The notes under the pieces are model-generated. The model was not told the origin of the DNA. It saw only the letters and a list, made by a program, of their open reading frames with translations, and searched no databases. The translations under genes were made by a program, and so were the position numbers. This document shows positions 13,005-26,325 of a stretch of DNA of 64,000 bases, in pieces. The stretch is from assembly GCA_951406725.2 (NCBI GenBank), contig OX597826.1, positions 28,272,001 through 28,336,000 of the forward strand. Direction: 5' to 3'. Position 1 is the first letter of the stretch. Each line of letters opens with the position of its first letter. Source of the DNA: Octopus vulgaris. Lineage: Eukaryota.

Positions 13005-13318
13005 AAGAGAGAGAGCGCGCGTGTGTCATGTAAGCAACCACGTCTGGTTTCAAGCGTAGAAAGCGTTCTCAGTTATGTGTGTGTACATATATATATATAC
13101 ATGCTGATCGTGAAGGTGTATATATGTTGTGTGTATATTATATAAGTAACTATCAACGTCCATTGATAACAATTAATTTCACGTGTACTTAAAAAATTAC
13201 CCAAACATCACACACACATATACAATATATATATATTTATATATATATATATACACACATATATAAATCAGTATAAATACTATATATAAAAAAAAAAGTA
13301 CGTGTATGTATATATGTA

Positions 13319-13365
<47 letters not shown>

Positions 13366-13475
13366 GGGGGAGAGCATATACACTTTATACATGAATTATA
13401 TGCGTGTATATATACATGTAGAGGTAGGTACGTACATATATGTATATATATATATATATGCATATGTTTTATTTA

Positions 13476-13519
<44 letters not shown>

Positions 13520-13916
13520 CACACACGCATACATGATCACATGCACGAGCATTTACACACATACGCACATATATATGGAAGACTGTGTGTGTGTGTATAT
13601 GTAAATGTATACATATTTTGTGTATGGGAATGTATGTATATCTATGTGTATATATATGTCGGTGTCATAACTCGATTTTCTAAACAGCGTTCAATATTGA
13701 CATAACACTCTGCTTTGTGCTGTTTTTTCTCAGTTTTCTTTCTTTCATTTTTTTTTTCATTTTTTTTTTTGCTGTTGTATTTTGCGGGGTGGGTGGGGTG
13801 GATGTAGCTGGGTAGACATGTTCTATGTCAGCTAGATTTCCTGACTGATTGTTGATATACAAGCACACACCTTATAAATCTATACACGTATACACACATA
13901 CAGTTGTTCATATATA

Positions 13917-13979
<63 letters not shown>

Positions 13980-13995
13980 TTGTATATTTATTTGC

Positions 13996-14028
<33 letters not shown>

Positions 14029-14284
14029 GTTACGTGTGCGTACGTAAACCTATATATGTGTAAAACATGTTTGTACGCGCGCGTATGTATATATATGTAT
14101 ATAGTTACGTATATTTGTATGTATATTTATACACACGTAACTTTACACACGCATACAAACACACGTATATTCAGACATGAGATAAATCACCAGCACCAAG
14201 ATACATTACACATCCACATTACTATGTTATTCAACACACTTTATATATATATATACCTCATCCATGTATAATCATAGAAAGACC

Positions 14285-14341
<57 letters not shown>

Positions 14342-14449
14342 CTTTGACAGCGACGTGCGACTCGTAAAGGCCAGACGTTTATTCAGATAGAGGCCTTGAC
14401 AAACAGACCAACAGGTGGGTGGAAAGATAACATAAGGACAAAGCATACA

Positions 14450-14488
<39 letters not shown>

Positions 14489-14884
14489 TATGTTCACAAA
14501 CACGCACACCCGCATACATATATTTTATTCTTCTGTAGGTTTTAATTTTGGGTCGGTTGGGTTTTCTGTAAATACCGTTTTGGACGGTTTTAGTCCCGAT
14601 TTCGGCAACCATCTTTTTGAGAAACGGGCCGTATGAGACATAGCTTACCACCTGGCGGACCATATTACTATAAAAAAAATTCAAGGCAGGCGTGCCATTC
14701 AGAAATCTCGCGGGCCGCAGTTTACCATGACTGGTTTAGTCTATCGTGGTGAACATCTACCTAAAGACTTACACGAATAGGAATCCAATTGCTCAGTTCA
14801 CCAACTGTGAACCGTGAATCACTCGACCGTTTTGTTTGGCGCCTCAATGAGCAGGATTATTTTCGTTAGAGGCGTATACTTTTA

Positions 14885-15301
14885 TTCTTTTACTTGTTTG
14901 TCATTTTGACTGCGGCCATGCTGGGGCACCACCTATTTAGTCGAGCAAATCGACCCCAGGACTCATTCTTTGTAAGCCCAGTACTTATTCTATCGGTCTC
15001 TTTTGACGAACCGCTAAGTTACGGGGACGTAAACACACCAGCATCGGTTGTCAAGCGATGTTGGGGGGATAAACACAGACATACAAATACATACATATAT
15101 ACACACACACATACACACACACACATATTATACATATATACGACGGGCTTCTTTCAGTTTCCGTCTACTAAATCCACTCACAAGGCTTTGGTCGGCCCGA
15201 GGCTCTAGTAGAAGACACTTGCCCAAGGTGCCACGCAGTAGGACTGAACCCGAAACCATGTGGCTGGTAAGCAAGCTACTTACCACACAGCCACTCCTGC
15301 G
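14885..15301 (-). mobile_element. SINE family A, full length, close to consensus
   Basis: Complete head, internal (CA/TA)n and tail. Confidence 0.92.
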
Positions 15302-15369
15302 TATCTACGGAAACTAAAAATATCCGCCAAGCAAAAGAGGCATGTGAATTTATAGGTTCATGGAATTAA

Positions 15370-15747
15370 CTCTTTAGCATTCAGCTTATTCCTTCGGTTT
15401 TGAATTAAACATGCATTATTTTGTAACTTTGAGATTTTGATGCGATAATTTTTAGAATTACCTTGTAGGGTAAGTGTGAGAGGTCGGACCTGGCCAATTG
15501 GAGCATAAAACAGGCAGAATATCTGGGCCAGACTTGACCTGTTTCACTGTTTAGCATCCAGCTTGCTCTGCCAAATGTAACGCTTATTTATTCAAATTTT
15601 TTTTGAATTAATCATGCATTATATGTTAGCTTCCAAGTTCCAATGATATTGTATATTTTTACAATGACATTGTAGGGTAGGTGTGAGAGGCCAGATCTGG
15701 GCCTTAGAATATTTTGGCCTGATATGGCCGGATTAAATGCTAAAGAG
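15370..15747. mobile_element. piggyBac-like MITE (dimer of a ~190-bp unit)
   Basis: TTAA on both flanks; TIR ctctttagcatt/aatgctaaagag; internal duplication of tgtagggta.gtgtgagagg. Confidence 0.8.
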
Positions 15748-15975
15748 TTAAGTAGTGTTTTTACCTTTATGTAGCAGAGCAGTTAGTCTCTCGGATGGTC
15801 CTGGGGTTGAACATGTCACTGAATTTGTTTCTAGGCGATATAGTCCCAAATAGATTAGAAGGCATGAAAAGCGAGTCTCATTAGATTCCACAGCGATTAG
15901 GAAACTAAGAAAAGCGATCTGGGACAAGAGGGATAACAGCCAGTATTTTCCCGAACCTTGACTAACGCATCTTAA

Positions 15976-16225
15976 CACTTTTGACAGCAATCCGCCTGAG
16001 ACAAGCCTGCTTCTATGTCACACACACTCCTTGTCTTTAAATGTTCTAAATTAAAACTTTGCATTAAAATTCTACGTTAATGTATGTTCAGAAGACCAGG
16101 TTAATAAGGACAAAGTCGTTTTACTAAACTCTTAATTATTTTCAAAATCATTTAAAACAGTGGTTAGCCATATCTCAAAAGAACAAAGATAGCCAGATTT
16201 CAACAGAAATACAGTAACAAAACGG
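15976..16225. mobile_element. piggyBac-like MITE, diverged
   Basis: TTAA flanks; imperfect TIR cacttttgac/gtaacaaaacgg. Confidence 0.55.
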
Positions 16226-16637
16226 TTAAATGTGGGCCCTTAAATCTAAGAATGTACACAGATTGGGTGATTTTGAGACGTGACGTGTTTACAGCATTAT
16301 ACTTGAGATATCATTAGGTATCGGCTGTAGAAGTTCTTGTTTAAGCAAAGTTTTATACATGTGAAATACTTTGGACCGAGGTGATAGATAAAGAAAGAGG
16401 CTGATATGATTCTGGTGAATAATAAAAAGAAAGGACAGTCAATAAATTTATCGAACGAGAGCTATGGCAATCTTCTGAAACAGCAGACGACACGGCAAGA
16501 TGTTTGACTAAAATTGATGCCTCTGCTCGAGAATGTTATATACGTAAATACATGCATAACTGTATGTGTACATACGGGAATACATACATAAATATAGAGA
16601 TAATGATACAGATAAGCACAATTAGGATTCGCACAAA

Positions 16638-16685
<48 letters not shown>

Positions 16686-17559
16686 TGAGAAAGAAAGAGA
16701 TGCATACATATTGAAACGTATAACTACATATATTCACAAAGATAAACACATACATAAATATATATATGTGTGTGTGTGTATACATGTGTGTACGCGCGCA
16801 CCCACACACATATTTACATAGAGCAGAAAAAATACTGAATATTAAGAGGATACCTAAATATATATACATACGTAGATACGTGTGTGCGTATATGTGTGTG
16901 TGTTAAAATATATATACATATGTATATTTACGGATATATACGTAAAATACGTAAATATATGTAAATATATGTGTATGTGTGCATATATGTAAATATATAT
17001 ATATATATACGTAAATATAATTATTTATACATACATACGTATAAATACATACGTAAATAAGTTATAGACAAGCGTAAAAATTTATATACGTAAATCTATG
17101 CATCGACACATACATAAGTTAGTCCTTGCATAAGTGAAGACATAAAAGAAGCCTAGTCCTGAAAATATCTAAATGATAAGGTAGTCGTCTGCTGATATGG
17201 CTTTGGCCACAGGAAATGTTCATATTTGATAGTTGATCGTGGGAATAGGAATAACGTGAATGGTCTCTCTATCTTCTTTCTTTATCATCGACTCAATGAG
17301 GGCCATAAATACTCAAACATTGGCGAAAATGTAACGTACATAGTTCTTGTGAACAAAGCTGAAACGAGCAAGGAATATTTATTACGCGAGACTTACAAAA
17401 AATATGGCTGCCATTCCGGCGCTCCGGTCTTCCAACAAGATTATTATCCTGATATACATTTTTCAGTACTGATACAACAAATGTATTGCTATTTGCGATA
17501 TCTGATTGACTCGTTAGAGAAAATTTCCTGCATTTCAATTAAAAGCCATATGATCCTAA

Positions 17560-18060
17560 TATCAGCTGGAAGTTGCAATAAAATATGTCTCCAGATACAA
17601 TAAAATCTTTACGCTCTGAGTCAGTAGAAAAATACCGACAATATTTAGGCTGACACTGAAGATCGGTTCAAACGTCCTCTCTCAATCGCACTCTATAACT
17701 CTAACATCTGCTAAACAACAATTTGCCCATAATTATTATGTCGTATACTGAGAAACTTCTCATGTTTTCTTGTACTAATCAGGTTCAATTTGATTGCTGC
17801 TGATCTCTGTGTTTTTGTAGTCCGCTGTAAGTTTTTTATTAGTTTTCTATTCGTATCAACCACACTTCAATCTTCTCCGTGCGGCAAGTATATCTTATCA
17901 ATATCAAATTTAGAATGGTGGCTTCAGAACTCTCTAAGTAACTTCCTGTTTATTTTGCTCTCTAAATTCACACATTTTCCAGTTTACGATGAAGTTGTAG
18001 TTTACTATAGCAAGGACTATAATATTATTTTCTACATTGAATATCGTCTTTAATATCGAT
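17560..18060 (-). mobile_element. Decayed R4/Dong-type LINE RT thumb region
   Basis: Reverse complement gives AIVNYNFIVNW..., LESKINRKLLREF and HHSKFDIDKIYLP (cf. HHPKADVDRLYLPR). Boundaries uncertain. Confidence 0.7.
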
Positions 18061-18364
18061 CTCTTTGTTAACTAGTTCTCTTTTCTACTTTTCTACTTCA
18101 TTTTGGAGTTTCTTACCTTAACAGTTTAATCTTTTTCTGTTTGATTTTGGTCAATTCCGTGACCTCGATGTTCCCGTCTAATTTTTAGGTCAATGATTTT
18201 TAAATCATTTCCTTCGTTATTTTGTCTCCTCTTCTTGAGACTGGAGAGTGTCCATGGACCTTTGCAGGCATTCGCAGAACGGTGATTATTTTTTTTGTTC
18301 GACGCTCTTCCGATTCAGCCAATTCGCTGCCCTATTATTATTATCCTTATTGTTGTTGTTGTTA

Positions 18365-18550
18365 GTATGCAGGGCAAAATGCTTAGCAGCATTTCGCTTT
18401 ACGTCTTTACGTTCTGAGTTCAAATTCCGCCGAGGTCAACTTTACTTTTCATACTTTCGGGGTCGATTAAATAAGTACCAGTTATGCACTGGAGTCAATG
18501 TAATCGACTTAACCCCTTCCCCCAAATCTGAGGCTTTGCGCTTCCATTGA
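18365..18550 (+). mobile_element. SINE family B, 5'-truncated
   Basis: ctgagttcaaattccgccgaggtc...ggggtcgattaaataagtacc, followed by (ATT)n. Confidence 0.85.
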
Positions 18551-18594
<44 letters not shown>

Positions 18595-18601
<7 letters not shown>

Positions 18602-18782
18602 CATCATCATCTTTGCACAGCTTCTAATGCTGTGAGGTACTACAGTATCAGTTGTTCACTACCAGTGAACTCAGGTAACACCTTATTTTTCGAGCACCTT
18701 CCGGAGTATTCGGGCGGTTCCAAGCAGTGTTGTTTTCTGCAAGTGCTCTACCCTTATTGCAGCCCCAATTTGTTCCACGTAT
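18595..18782 (-). mobile_element. 3' end of R4/Dong-type LINE embedded in (TAA)n
   Basis: Reverse complement translates VEQIGAAIRVEHLQKTTLLGTARILRKVLEK*, then a short 3'UTR and a (GAT)n(AAT)n tail; (ATT)n on both sides. Confidence 0.85.
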
Positions 18783-18825
18783 TATTATTATTATTATTAT
18801 TATTACTACTACTACTACCACTACC

Positions 18826-19215
18826 AAGGCGGCGAGCTGGCAGAACCGTTAGCACGCCGGGCGAAATGCGTAGCCGTATTTCGTCTGCCGTTACGTTCTG
18901 AGTTCAAATTCCGCCGAGGTCGACTTTGCCTTTCATTTTTTCGGGGTCGATAAATTAAGTACCAGTTACGCACTGGGGTCGATATAATCGACTTAATCCG
19001 TCTGTCTGTCCTTGTTTGTCTCTATCCCCTTGTGGGTAGTAAAGAAATAGGTATATCGTCCGTCTTTATGTTCTGAGTTCAAATTCCACCGAGGTCGACT
19101 TTACCTTTCATCCTTTCGAAGTCGGTAAAATAAGCACCAATTGAGCATGGGGTCCATGTAATTGAACTAACCTACTTCCCTAAAATTGCTGGCATTCAAC
19201 CAAACTTAGAAAGTT
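18826..19215 (+). mobile_element. SINE family B, head plus two body units
   Basis: A-box-like gctggcagaa, B-box-like gagttcaaattcc, duplicated body. Confidence 0.88.
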
Positions 19216-19662
19216 TTTTTTTTAATTTATGTACAAATCCTAAAATTTAGGGGAGGAAGAACCGATTAAATCGAGCCAAGATTTCCGCTGGTACTTTATT
19301 TATCGACCTCCAAAAGGATGCTCGAAAAAGTTGACCTCGGTGGAATAAGTACTAGGCTTACAAAGAATAAGTCCTGGTGTCGATTTCTTCGACTAAAGGC
19401 TGTGCTCCAGCAATCAAATGACTGAAACAAGCAAAAGAGTAAATACGCTAGTGCGCTATATCCGAAGCTCTAATCATCTCTGGTAATCCACCAAGGGTCC
19501 ATGGGCAAAAATGGTTGAGAAACACTAATTTAGTCGAACAAATGTGTCCCAGTACTTATTTTAAAAACTATCCTTATTGTATCGCATCTTATTTGTCGAA
19601 CCGTTAAGTTACGCAGACGTTAACAAGTCAACTACGGTTTCAAGCATTGTTGGAGGACAAGC

Positions 19663-19714
<52 letters not shown>

Positions 19715-19720
19715 TATATG

Positions 19721-19912
19721 ATTTTACTTGTTTCAGCCATTTGACTGCGACCATGCTTCGGCAACGACTTTAGTTGAACGAATCGACACCAGGACTTATT
19801 CTTTGTACGCCTAGTACTTATTCTATCGTTTTTTTGCCGAAACGCTAAGTTACGAGGATATAAACACACTAACATCGGTTTCAAGCGATGGTGGAGGTAC
19901 AAACACGCACAG

Positions 19913-19948
<36 letters not shown>

Positions 19949-20190
19949 GACGGGCCTCTTTCAGTTTCCATCTACCAAATCCACTCACCAGGCTTTGGTC
20001 GGCTCGAGACGATAGTAGAAGATACTTGACCAAGTGCGACTGAACCCGGAACCATGCGGTTGGTAAGCAATCTTCTTACCACACAGCCACATCTGAGCTT
20101 ATGAGGATTTTCTTTCACTTTTTGCCTACCAAATCTACTCACAAGGCTTTGGTCGGCCTGAGGTTATTGTAGGAGACACTTGCCCAAGGT
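19721..20190 (-). mobile_element. SINE family A plus adjacent family A fragment
   Basis: Homologous to family A consensus. Confidence 0.85.
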
Positions 20191-21319
20191 CCAGCGAAAT
20201 AAAAAGCAAGACAATCTTAGATGCTCTTAAAAAGACAGGATGGTCATGTCTCTGATCTATCATAAGTGCAGACCTGGGACTACACAACAACAAAAAGACA
20301 AAAGCAAGGCCGTTAAGCGGTCACTTGATAAGCTAGAAATAGCAACCAAAACTCCTTTAAAAGACACCTTTAAATGAAATGTAAGACATTCGATTGTTTA
20401 ATCTTACATATTCTTAAAAAGACAGGATGGTCATTGCTGGAATATCTAGAATCTATCATAGCTCTGCTCAATCAGAGTAGACCTGGGGTTAAACAACAAC
20501 AACATCAACTACCAATACAGTGTGTCCGTGTGTCGCCAAATTCCCAGTTACTGTACTTTAACGTCAAATATAAAGTCACTCTTAGGAGGCAATGGCGGTC
20601 GTTATTTTGTTAATCATATCCGGAAGTGTCAATCTTATTTGCACTTCTCCTCCTCCCACTCCTTTCTCTTTCTATCTATTCCCACTTTTATTATTTATTT
20701 ATTTATTTATCATTATTATTTTGCTTTCTACTCTTTTCCCTGTCTACCAACGTAGCTGTCTATTGATCCTATATCTGTCTTTCTATCCTATGTCTGTCTA
20801 CCTAACTATACCTGTCTATCTATCTATTCATCCGTCTGTCTGGTTGGCCTGCTGGCTGGCCTACTGGCTGGCTGGCTATTTATCTACCTATGTTTATACC
20901 TATCTAATCTTTTTATCAATTAAGCTATTTTGCAATCATCTACCTATTTATGTGCTTATCGAATTTTCTATCTATCTCACCATTTCTCTCTCTCTCTCTC
21001 TCTCTGTATATATATGTGTGTGTATTATTCTCTATCTCTATTCTTTATCACTTTATCTTTCTGTCTATCTATATTTCTATATATTCATCTATGTATCTCT
21101 CTACTCCCCCATGCTTTTTTTTCTCTCTCTCTCTCTCCTACTTTCAGACACACACACACACATATTAATATTTTAGAGTGGCTTACGGTCCGAGAGTTTC
21201 GTGCGTTGGCACTTGTCAAATTAGTTCGAAACCGTTGCACCCGTCAAATATCAGTAAAAATATACATATAGTCATATTTTTCCTGATTGCATCACCATAC
21301 CTATACCTACCTACCTACT

Positions 21320-21386
<67 letters not shown>

Positions 21387-21414
21387 GTAGGTAGGTATAT
21401 AGGTTGATGGGGCG

Positions 21415-21676
21415 GACTAAGTTACAGGGGACGTAAACACACCACCATCGGTTGTCAAGCGATATTGTGGAGACAAACACAGACACACAAACATATACAC
21501 ACACATACATATATACGACTGGCTTCTTTCAGTTTCCGTCTACCAAATCCACTCACAAGGCATTGGTCGGCCCGGGGCTATAGTAGAAGACACTTGCCCA
21601 ATGTGCCACGCAGTGGGACTGAACACGGAACCATGTGGTTGGTAAGCAAGCTACTTACCACACAGCCACTCCTGCG

Positions 21677-21678
<2 letters not shown>
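21415..21678 (-). mobile_element. SINE family A, 3'-truncated
   Basis: Intact head ggcgcaggagtggctgtgtggtaag on the minus strand. Confidence 0.9.
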
Positions 21679-21712
<34 letters not shown>

Positions 21713-21715
<3 letters not shown>

Positions 21716-21965
21716 ATAATAACGGTAAGATAACAAAAAGAAAGAAAGAGACCTCGATATTATGTAAATAGAGGAATTTATCTGTAAATATATGTGACAA
21801 TTATTCGGTAGCCAAGATAAAACTCCGAGTTTCGGATGCCGAGGTGGAAATTCATGCCACCATCTCTTCAGTTATCCCTGAAGAGATGGTGGCATGAATT
21901 TCCACCTCGGCATCCGAAACTCGGAGTTTTATCTCGGCTACCGAATAATTGTCACATTATATTTA
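21713..21965. mobile_element. Penelope-like inverted terminal structure (family F) with ~80-bp near-perfect hairpin
   Basis: Arms 21792-21871 and 21878-21957 with 6-nt loop; flanked by (TA)n. Confidence 0.75.
21816..21876 (-). ncRNA. Type-I hammerhead ribozyme motif (family F)
   Basis: gataa-CTGAAGA-gatg...catc-c-GAA-actc-g-gagt-T-ttatc: 5-bp stem I, stem II and palindromic stem III. Confidence 0.7.
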
Positions 21966-21984
21966 CATATATATATATATAAAT

Positions 21985-22170
21985 GTGACCGCGTGTGATT
22001 TTTTTCCTCCGTCTTCCTTTCTCTGGATCTTTCCTTTTCCTATGTTTCCGCTCGAAACGTAAAACCCTCCTTCTTCCCTTCCTTCCTGAGCGTCCAATAA
22101 TACTATATTTGTTCCACGTCCTCGCGTTGTTGTGTTTTCTCTTTGTGTTTTCATGTTTGGATTAACTTTA
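21985..22170 (+). mobile_element. Penelope-like pLTR fragment related to family G (ribozyme core deleted)
   Basis: gctcgaaacgtaaaac...ttcctgagcgtccaataatac; tail recurs at 61160-61250. Confidence 0.5.
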
Positions 22171-22174
22171 TATA

Positions 22175-22217
<43 letters not shown>

Positions 22218-22220
<3 letters not shown>

Positions 22221-22312
22221 GAGTGGCTGTGTGGTAAGTAGCTTGCTTACCAACCACATCCTGGGTTCACTCCCACTGCGTGGCACATTGGGCAGGTGTC
22301 TTCTACTATAGC
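22218..22312 (+). mobile_element. SINE family A head fragment
   Basis: caggagtggctgtgtggtaagtagcttgc... Confidence 0.8.
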
Positions 22313-23279
22313 TTTTACTTCTACACACGTCAGCGTAATTTAATTCGTCCTTAGTCGAAGCACACCTGTTATTATGTCCTGTTGTTTGTATTTGTGTAAC
22401 ATTCTCCGTTTTCTATCCGTCCTTGTTTTCGTAAACAGTCGCTACTCTCTTCCAAGGGGTTTTAATGCTCTTAGCTTAATTTTTCCCTGAGGCTAGCCAG
22501 ACTAGAGCAATCTCGAGTATAACCAGCCGAAATTGCAAATATAATCTGAAACTCGACTGAGGAAAGAAAACTCCGAATGACCCGTCCTTGTTTTCTTTGT
22601 ATCGTCTATCTGAATGTTTTGTTTTCCCTTTTTTTGTATCACCTAACTGTCAGGATGTTTTGCGTTCTTGTCTCATTTTGTATGTATATATATATATATG
22701 ATTTGCAATATATCACGTAGTAAATTCGTAGAATCGTTAGAGCGTTGTGCTATTGGTTCCTTGACTGGGAAACGAACCACAGAGCCATACATTCTTAAAC
22801 ATTATTTCTTAATAGCTACCTGAACAATCAATTTCTTGCCTGATCTGTAAGACATCTTAATATTTTTCTTGTTTCGGTTATTGGACTGCGACCATGTTGG
22901 TGCATCGCCTTGGAGGTATTTTTTAGTCGAATAAATTGACCCCCACGCCCCGTCACCACCATCTAGTATTTTTGAGTCCTGTACTGATTTTATCGGTCAC
23001 TTTTGTCGAACCGCTGATATGGGGACGTGGCCGAACCTACAAGCGGTGTCAACAAACGCAGACACACTCATACATATGTACACACACACACACACACACA
23101 CACACACCGTTGAATTTTCTTTAATTACGTATTCTGCTTTTCCTCTTCATCTCTTTCCCTTTTTCTCTTTTCCCTTTTTCGATCTTATCACGTGATCTAT
23201 CATTAATTCGTGTTACCTCTGTGTGAGTGTGTGTGTGTATGTATTTATGTATGTATGTACGTAAGCGTGTTCATGAATA

Positions 23280-23326
<47 letters not shown>

Positions 23327-23753
23327 TCAGTTTGTGTACCAGTACATGTGTGTGAAAATGTCGACGTGGTATGCCATTATTTAGCTTCTTTTTCTTCCTT
23401 TTCTTTACCTCTCTCTCTCTCTCTCTCTTTCTAACTCTCAGCCTCACTCTCCCTCTCTCACATTCTCTCTCCCTCATTTCCTCCCCCTTATCCCCCTCTG
23501 AGTCATCTAAGATTGTTTCTCTCCTCACCCTACCATAACCATACTTTAATTATATATAATTTAAATACTCGGATGGTTAAAATGTTCCTCATGTGTACAC
23601 ACACACACACACTCGTTTATACACATATACTTGCGCAAGCATGTACTGAAATAACTCGTATACACAGACGTGTGTACATATTTCTTTCCATAGACTATAC
23701 TTATTTTCTGTATACGTACACATACATATATACACATATGTATACGTATATGC

Positions 23754-23800
<47 letters not shown>

Positions 23801-23851
23801 AGAGAAAGAGAAAGCAGAAACTAGGAGTAATTGAGGATCAGAACCATCTAA

Positions 23852-23883
<32 letters not shown>

Positions 23884-24252
23884 TATATATATATAAAGCA
23901 CACAATACCCACGTCTAACATACCGATAGACAACCGGACAGACAGACACTCAGGCCAACAGAGAGATAGATTGTGAGAGACATCTTTGGAAGAAGTCAAA
24001 CCTATGAGTGAAACCATGAGACGAACGTAACCCCCCCACACACTCTCTCTCCCTCCCTCCCTCTCTCTCTCTCTCTCTCTCTATCAATCTGTCACTCACT
24101 CTTTAGTCCTCCTCCCTTTCTTTCTGTCTACCTATCTGTCTGTCTGTCTCTACTTAATAACCTTTCATTGTTCCACACATCTGTCCCATTGTCACTCGTT
24201 AAACTGCCGTTGTTGTGTTTAATCAGTCATTATTTAAACATTTTTACACACA

Positions 24253-24302
<50 letters not shown>

Positions 24303-24471
24303 CACACACATATATAATCAAACCCTTTTTAAGCGTATATACAATATACACTTTACTGGTTTTGACTTCCATGTCGCTTTTATTGTTATGACTATTGTTA
24401 CTGATGTTTTTTGTTCGTATTGTTATTATTGCTGCTGACTATTTCAACCATCACACATCTCTTGATTCTCT

Positions 24472-24509
<38 letters not shown>

Positions 24510-24621
24510 TGATTTTTATTTTACTGGTTTTCCTCCATTGCTCGTACGTCTATCAACGAACTCATACACAAACCCATCAAAATCACGCACACGCAGGTTT
24601 ATATGGAAATATATATTATAC

Positions 24622-25113
24622 GAGTGGTTGTGTGGTAAGTAGCTTGCTTACCAACCACATGGTTCCGGGTTCAGTCCCACTGCGTAGCACCTTGGGCAAG
24701 TCTCTTCTTCTATAGCCTCGGGCCGACTGGATTTGGTAGACGGAAACTCAAAGAAGCCCGTCCCGCCTGGTTTTCACATGGATTACACTTGGCTCTTCCG
24801 TTGATGAGAAATCGCTCCAATACACCACGACGTTTGACCCTTTTGAACTTTTCTGAACTTTTCTTTTTTTTTTTTCTTTCTGATTTTCCTGTTGTCGTTT
24901 CTTCTTAGCCACTAAATTTTTTTTTTCTTCTCTCTCTCCCTGCTTGTTTCTCTGTTCCTTTCTGACGAAGAGCGTAGGCTCGAAACATAAAAGACTTTCT
25001 CACCTTCCCGAGCGTTAAACTAATACATCTGTTTGCCGTTTTCACACCCGTCTTCGTCTTTTGTTTTTTTGTTGTTTTTTTTGTAAATTCTAACTATTTA
25101 TATAATGTATATA

Positions 25114-25149
<36 letters not shown>

Positions 25150-25357
25150 TGTTTTTCCACCCGCACCCCACCTCGCCATCGCTTGACAACCGATGCTGGT
25201 GTGTCTGCGTCCCCGTTATCTAGCACTTCGGCAAAAGAGATCGATAGAATAAGTACTAGGCTTGCAAATAATAATAAGTCCTGGGGTTGATTTATTTGAC
25301 TAACATCCTTTCAGGGTGTTAGCATGGCCGCAGTCAAATGACGGAAACAAGTAAAAA
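24622..25357 (+). mobile_element. SINE family A interrupted by a Penelope-like fragment (24763-25100)
   Basis: Head 24622-24762 and tail 25160-25357 flank the insert. Confidence 0.8.
24958..24993 (+). ncRNA. Minimal type-I hammerhead ribozyme motif (family G)
   Basis: cttt-CTGACGA-a-gagc-gtag-gctc-GAAAcat-a-aaag. Confidence 0.65.
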
Positions 25358-26325
25358 AAGACTAGATAGGTGCGCGCGCGTGTGTGTGTGTATGTGGAGG
25401 AGGAGACTATGTTTTCCAAAATGGAGGCGAGCACCTTTCTCCATGTGACCAGCATGAAAAATTGTTAAGAGACTAGGATATTTTCTTACTTTTCTTAACA
25501 TGAAACCAATGGTAGCCTTAGTTTTTGACGGTTCGAGCCTAAGCTTTTCTGCGGAAATAAATGAGAAGAAAAAACCCGATGGAAAGAGGGGAAAAAAGGA
25601 GGAAAAAAGGAACATGTCAGAATTCACTATGCATATATGTGTATGTGTGTGTGTGTTAAAGACGACGACAAACGCTAAGGCAAGACAACTCAAGTCATGT
25701 AAACCCCCATACTTTTTGTGTGTGTATATATATATACATATATAAATATATATATCTGTCGTCGTCTCCTCCTTTCCTACTATTTCTTTCTTCGGTGAAG
25801 AAATGCCGATGGCTTAGTTTTGGTTGAGTTGAATCCAGACTTCACAGGAAGTGATCCACGCACTATCAAATCGAAGACACTCTCAGTAGCAAGTGTGGAA
25901 AATGGCATGCAGAATCTGGCTATGAAACAGCAACGAACTGCCACCGACCCAAGTATTTCTTGAGCTGCGTCTTCATAACCTGTCCGTTTGGCATTGCTCT
26001 CTTCTGCCACTTCTCCTGTTGAGAACCTAGGTCTTCATACCCTATGTTCCGCTGTTGGAGACTTTGGCTATTTTTTCGAGATGTGCTCGGATCAGTGGGA
26101 ACAGGCTCTCGTCATGTAGGTTTTAACTAGAACACTCTTCCTACCAAGTCAGAAAGTCAAAGTTTTCCATGAACATGAGTGAACGCCTAGTAGTCTGAGA
26201 ACAACTATCTGAGGGGTGGCTATATATTGCACATCACCTACATTGATGTAACCATAATGTTCTGATGATCTGATGAGCTAGCTTTCTTTATTTGCAGTGA
26301 TTTGTGAATATACAATTGTATTGTA

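Noticed and set aside
25780-26200. Possible exon or RTE 5'UTR ribozyme
   Set aside because: No convincing protein motif, splice pair or HDV-like fold could be established by eye.
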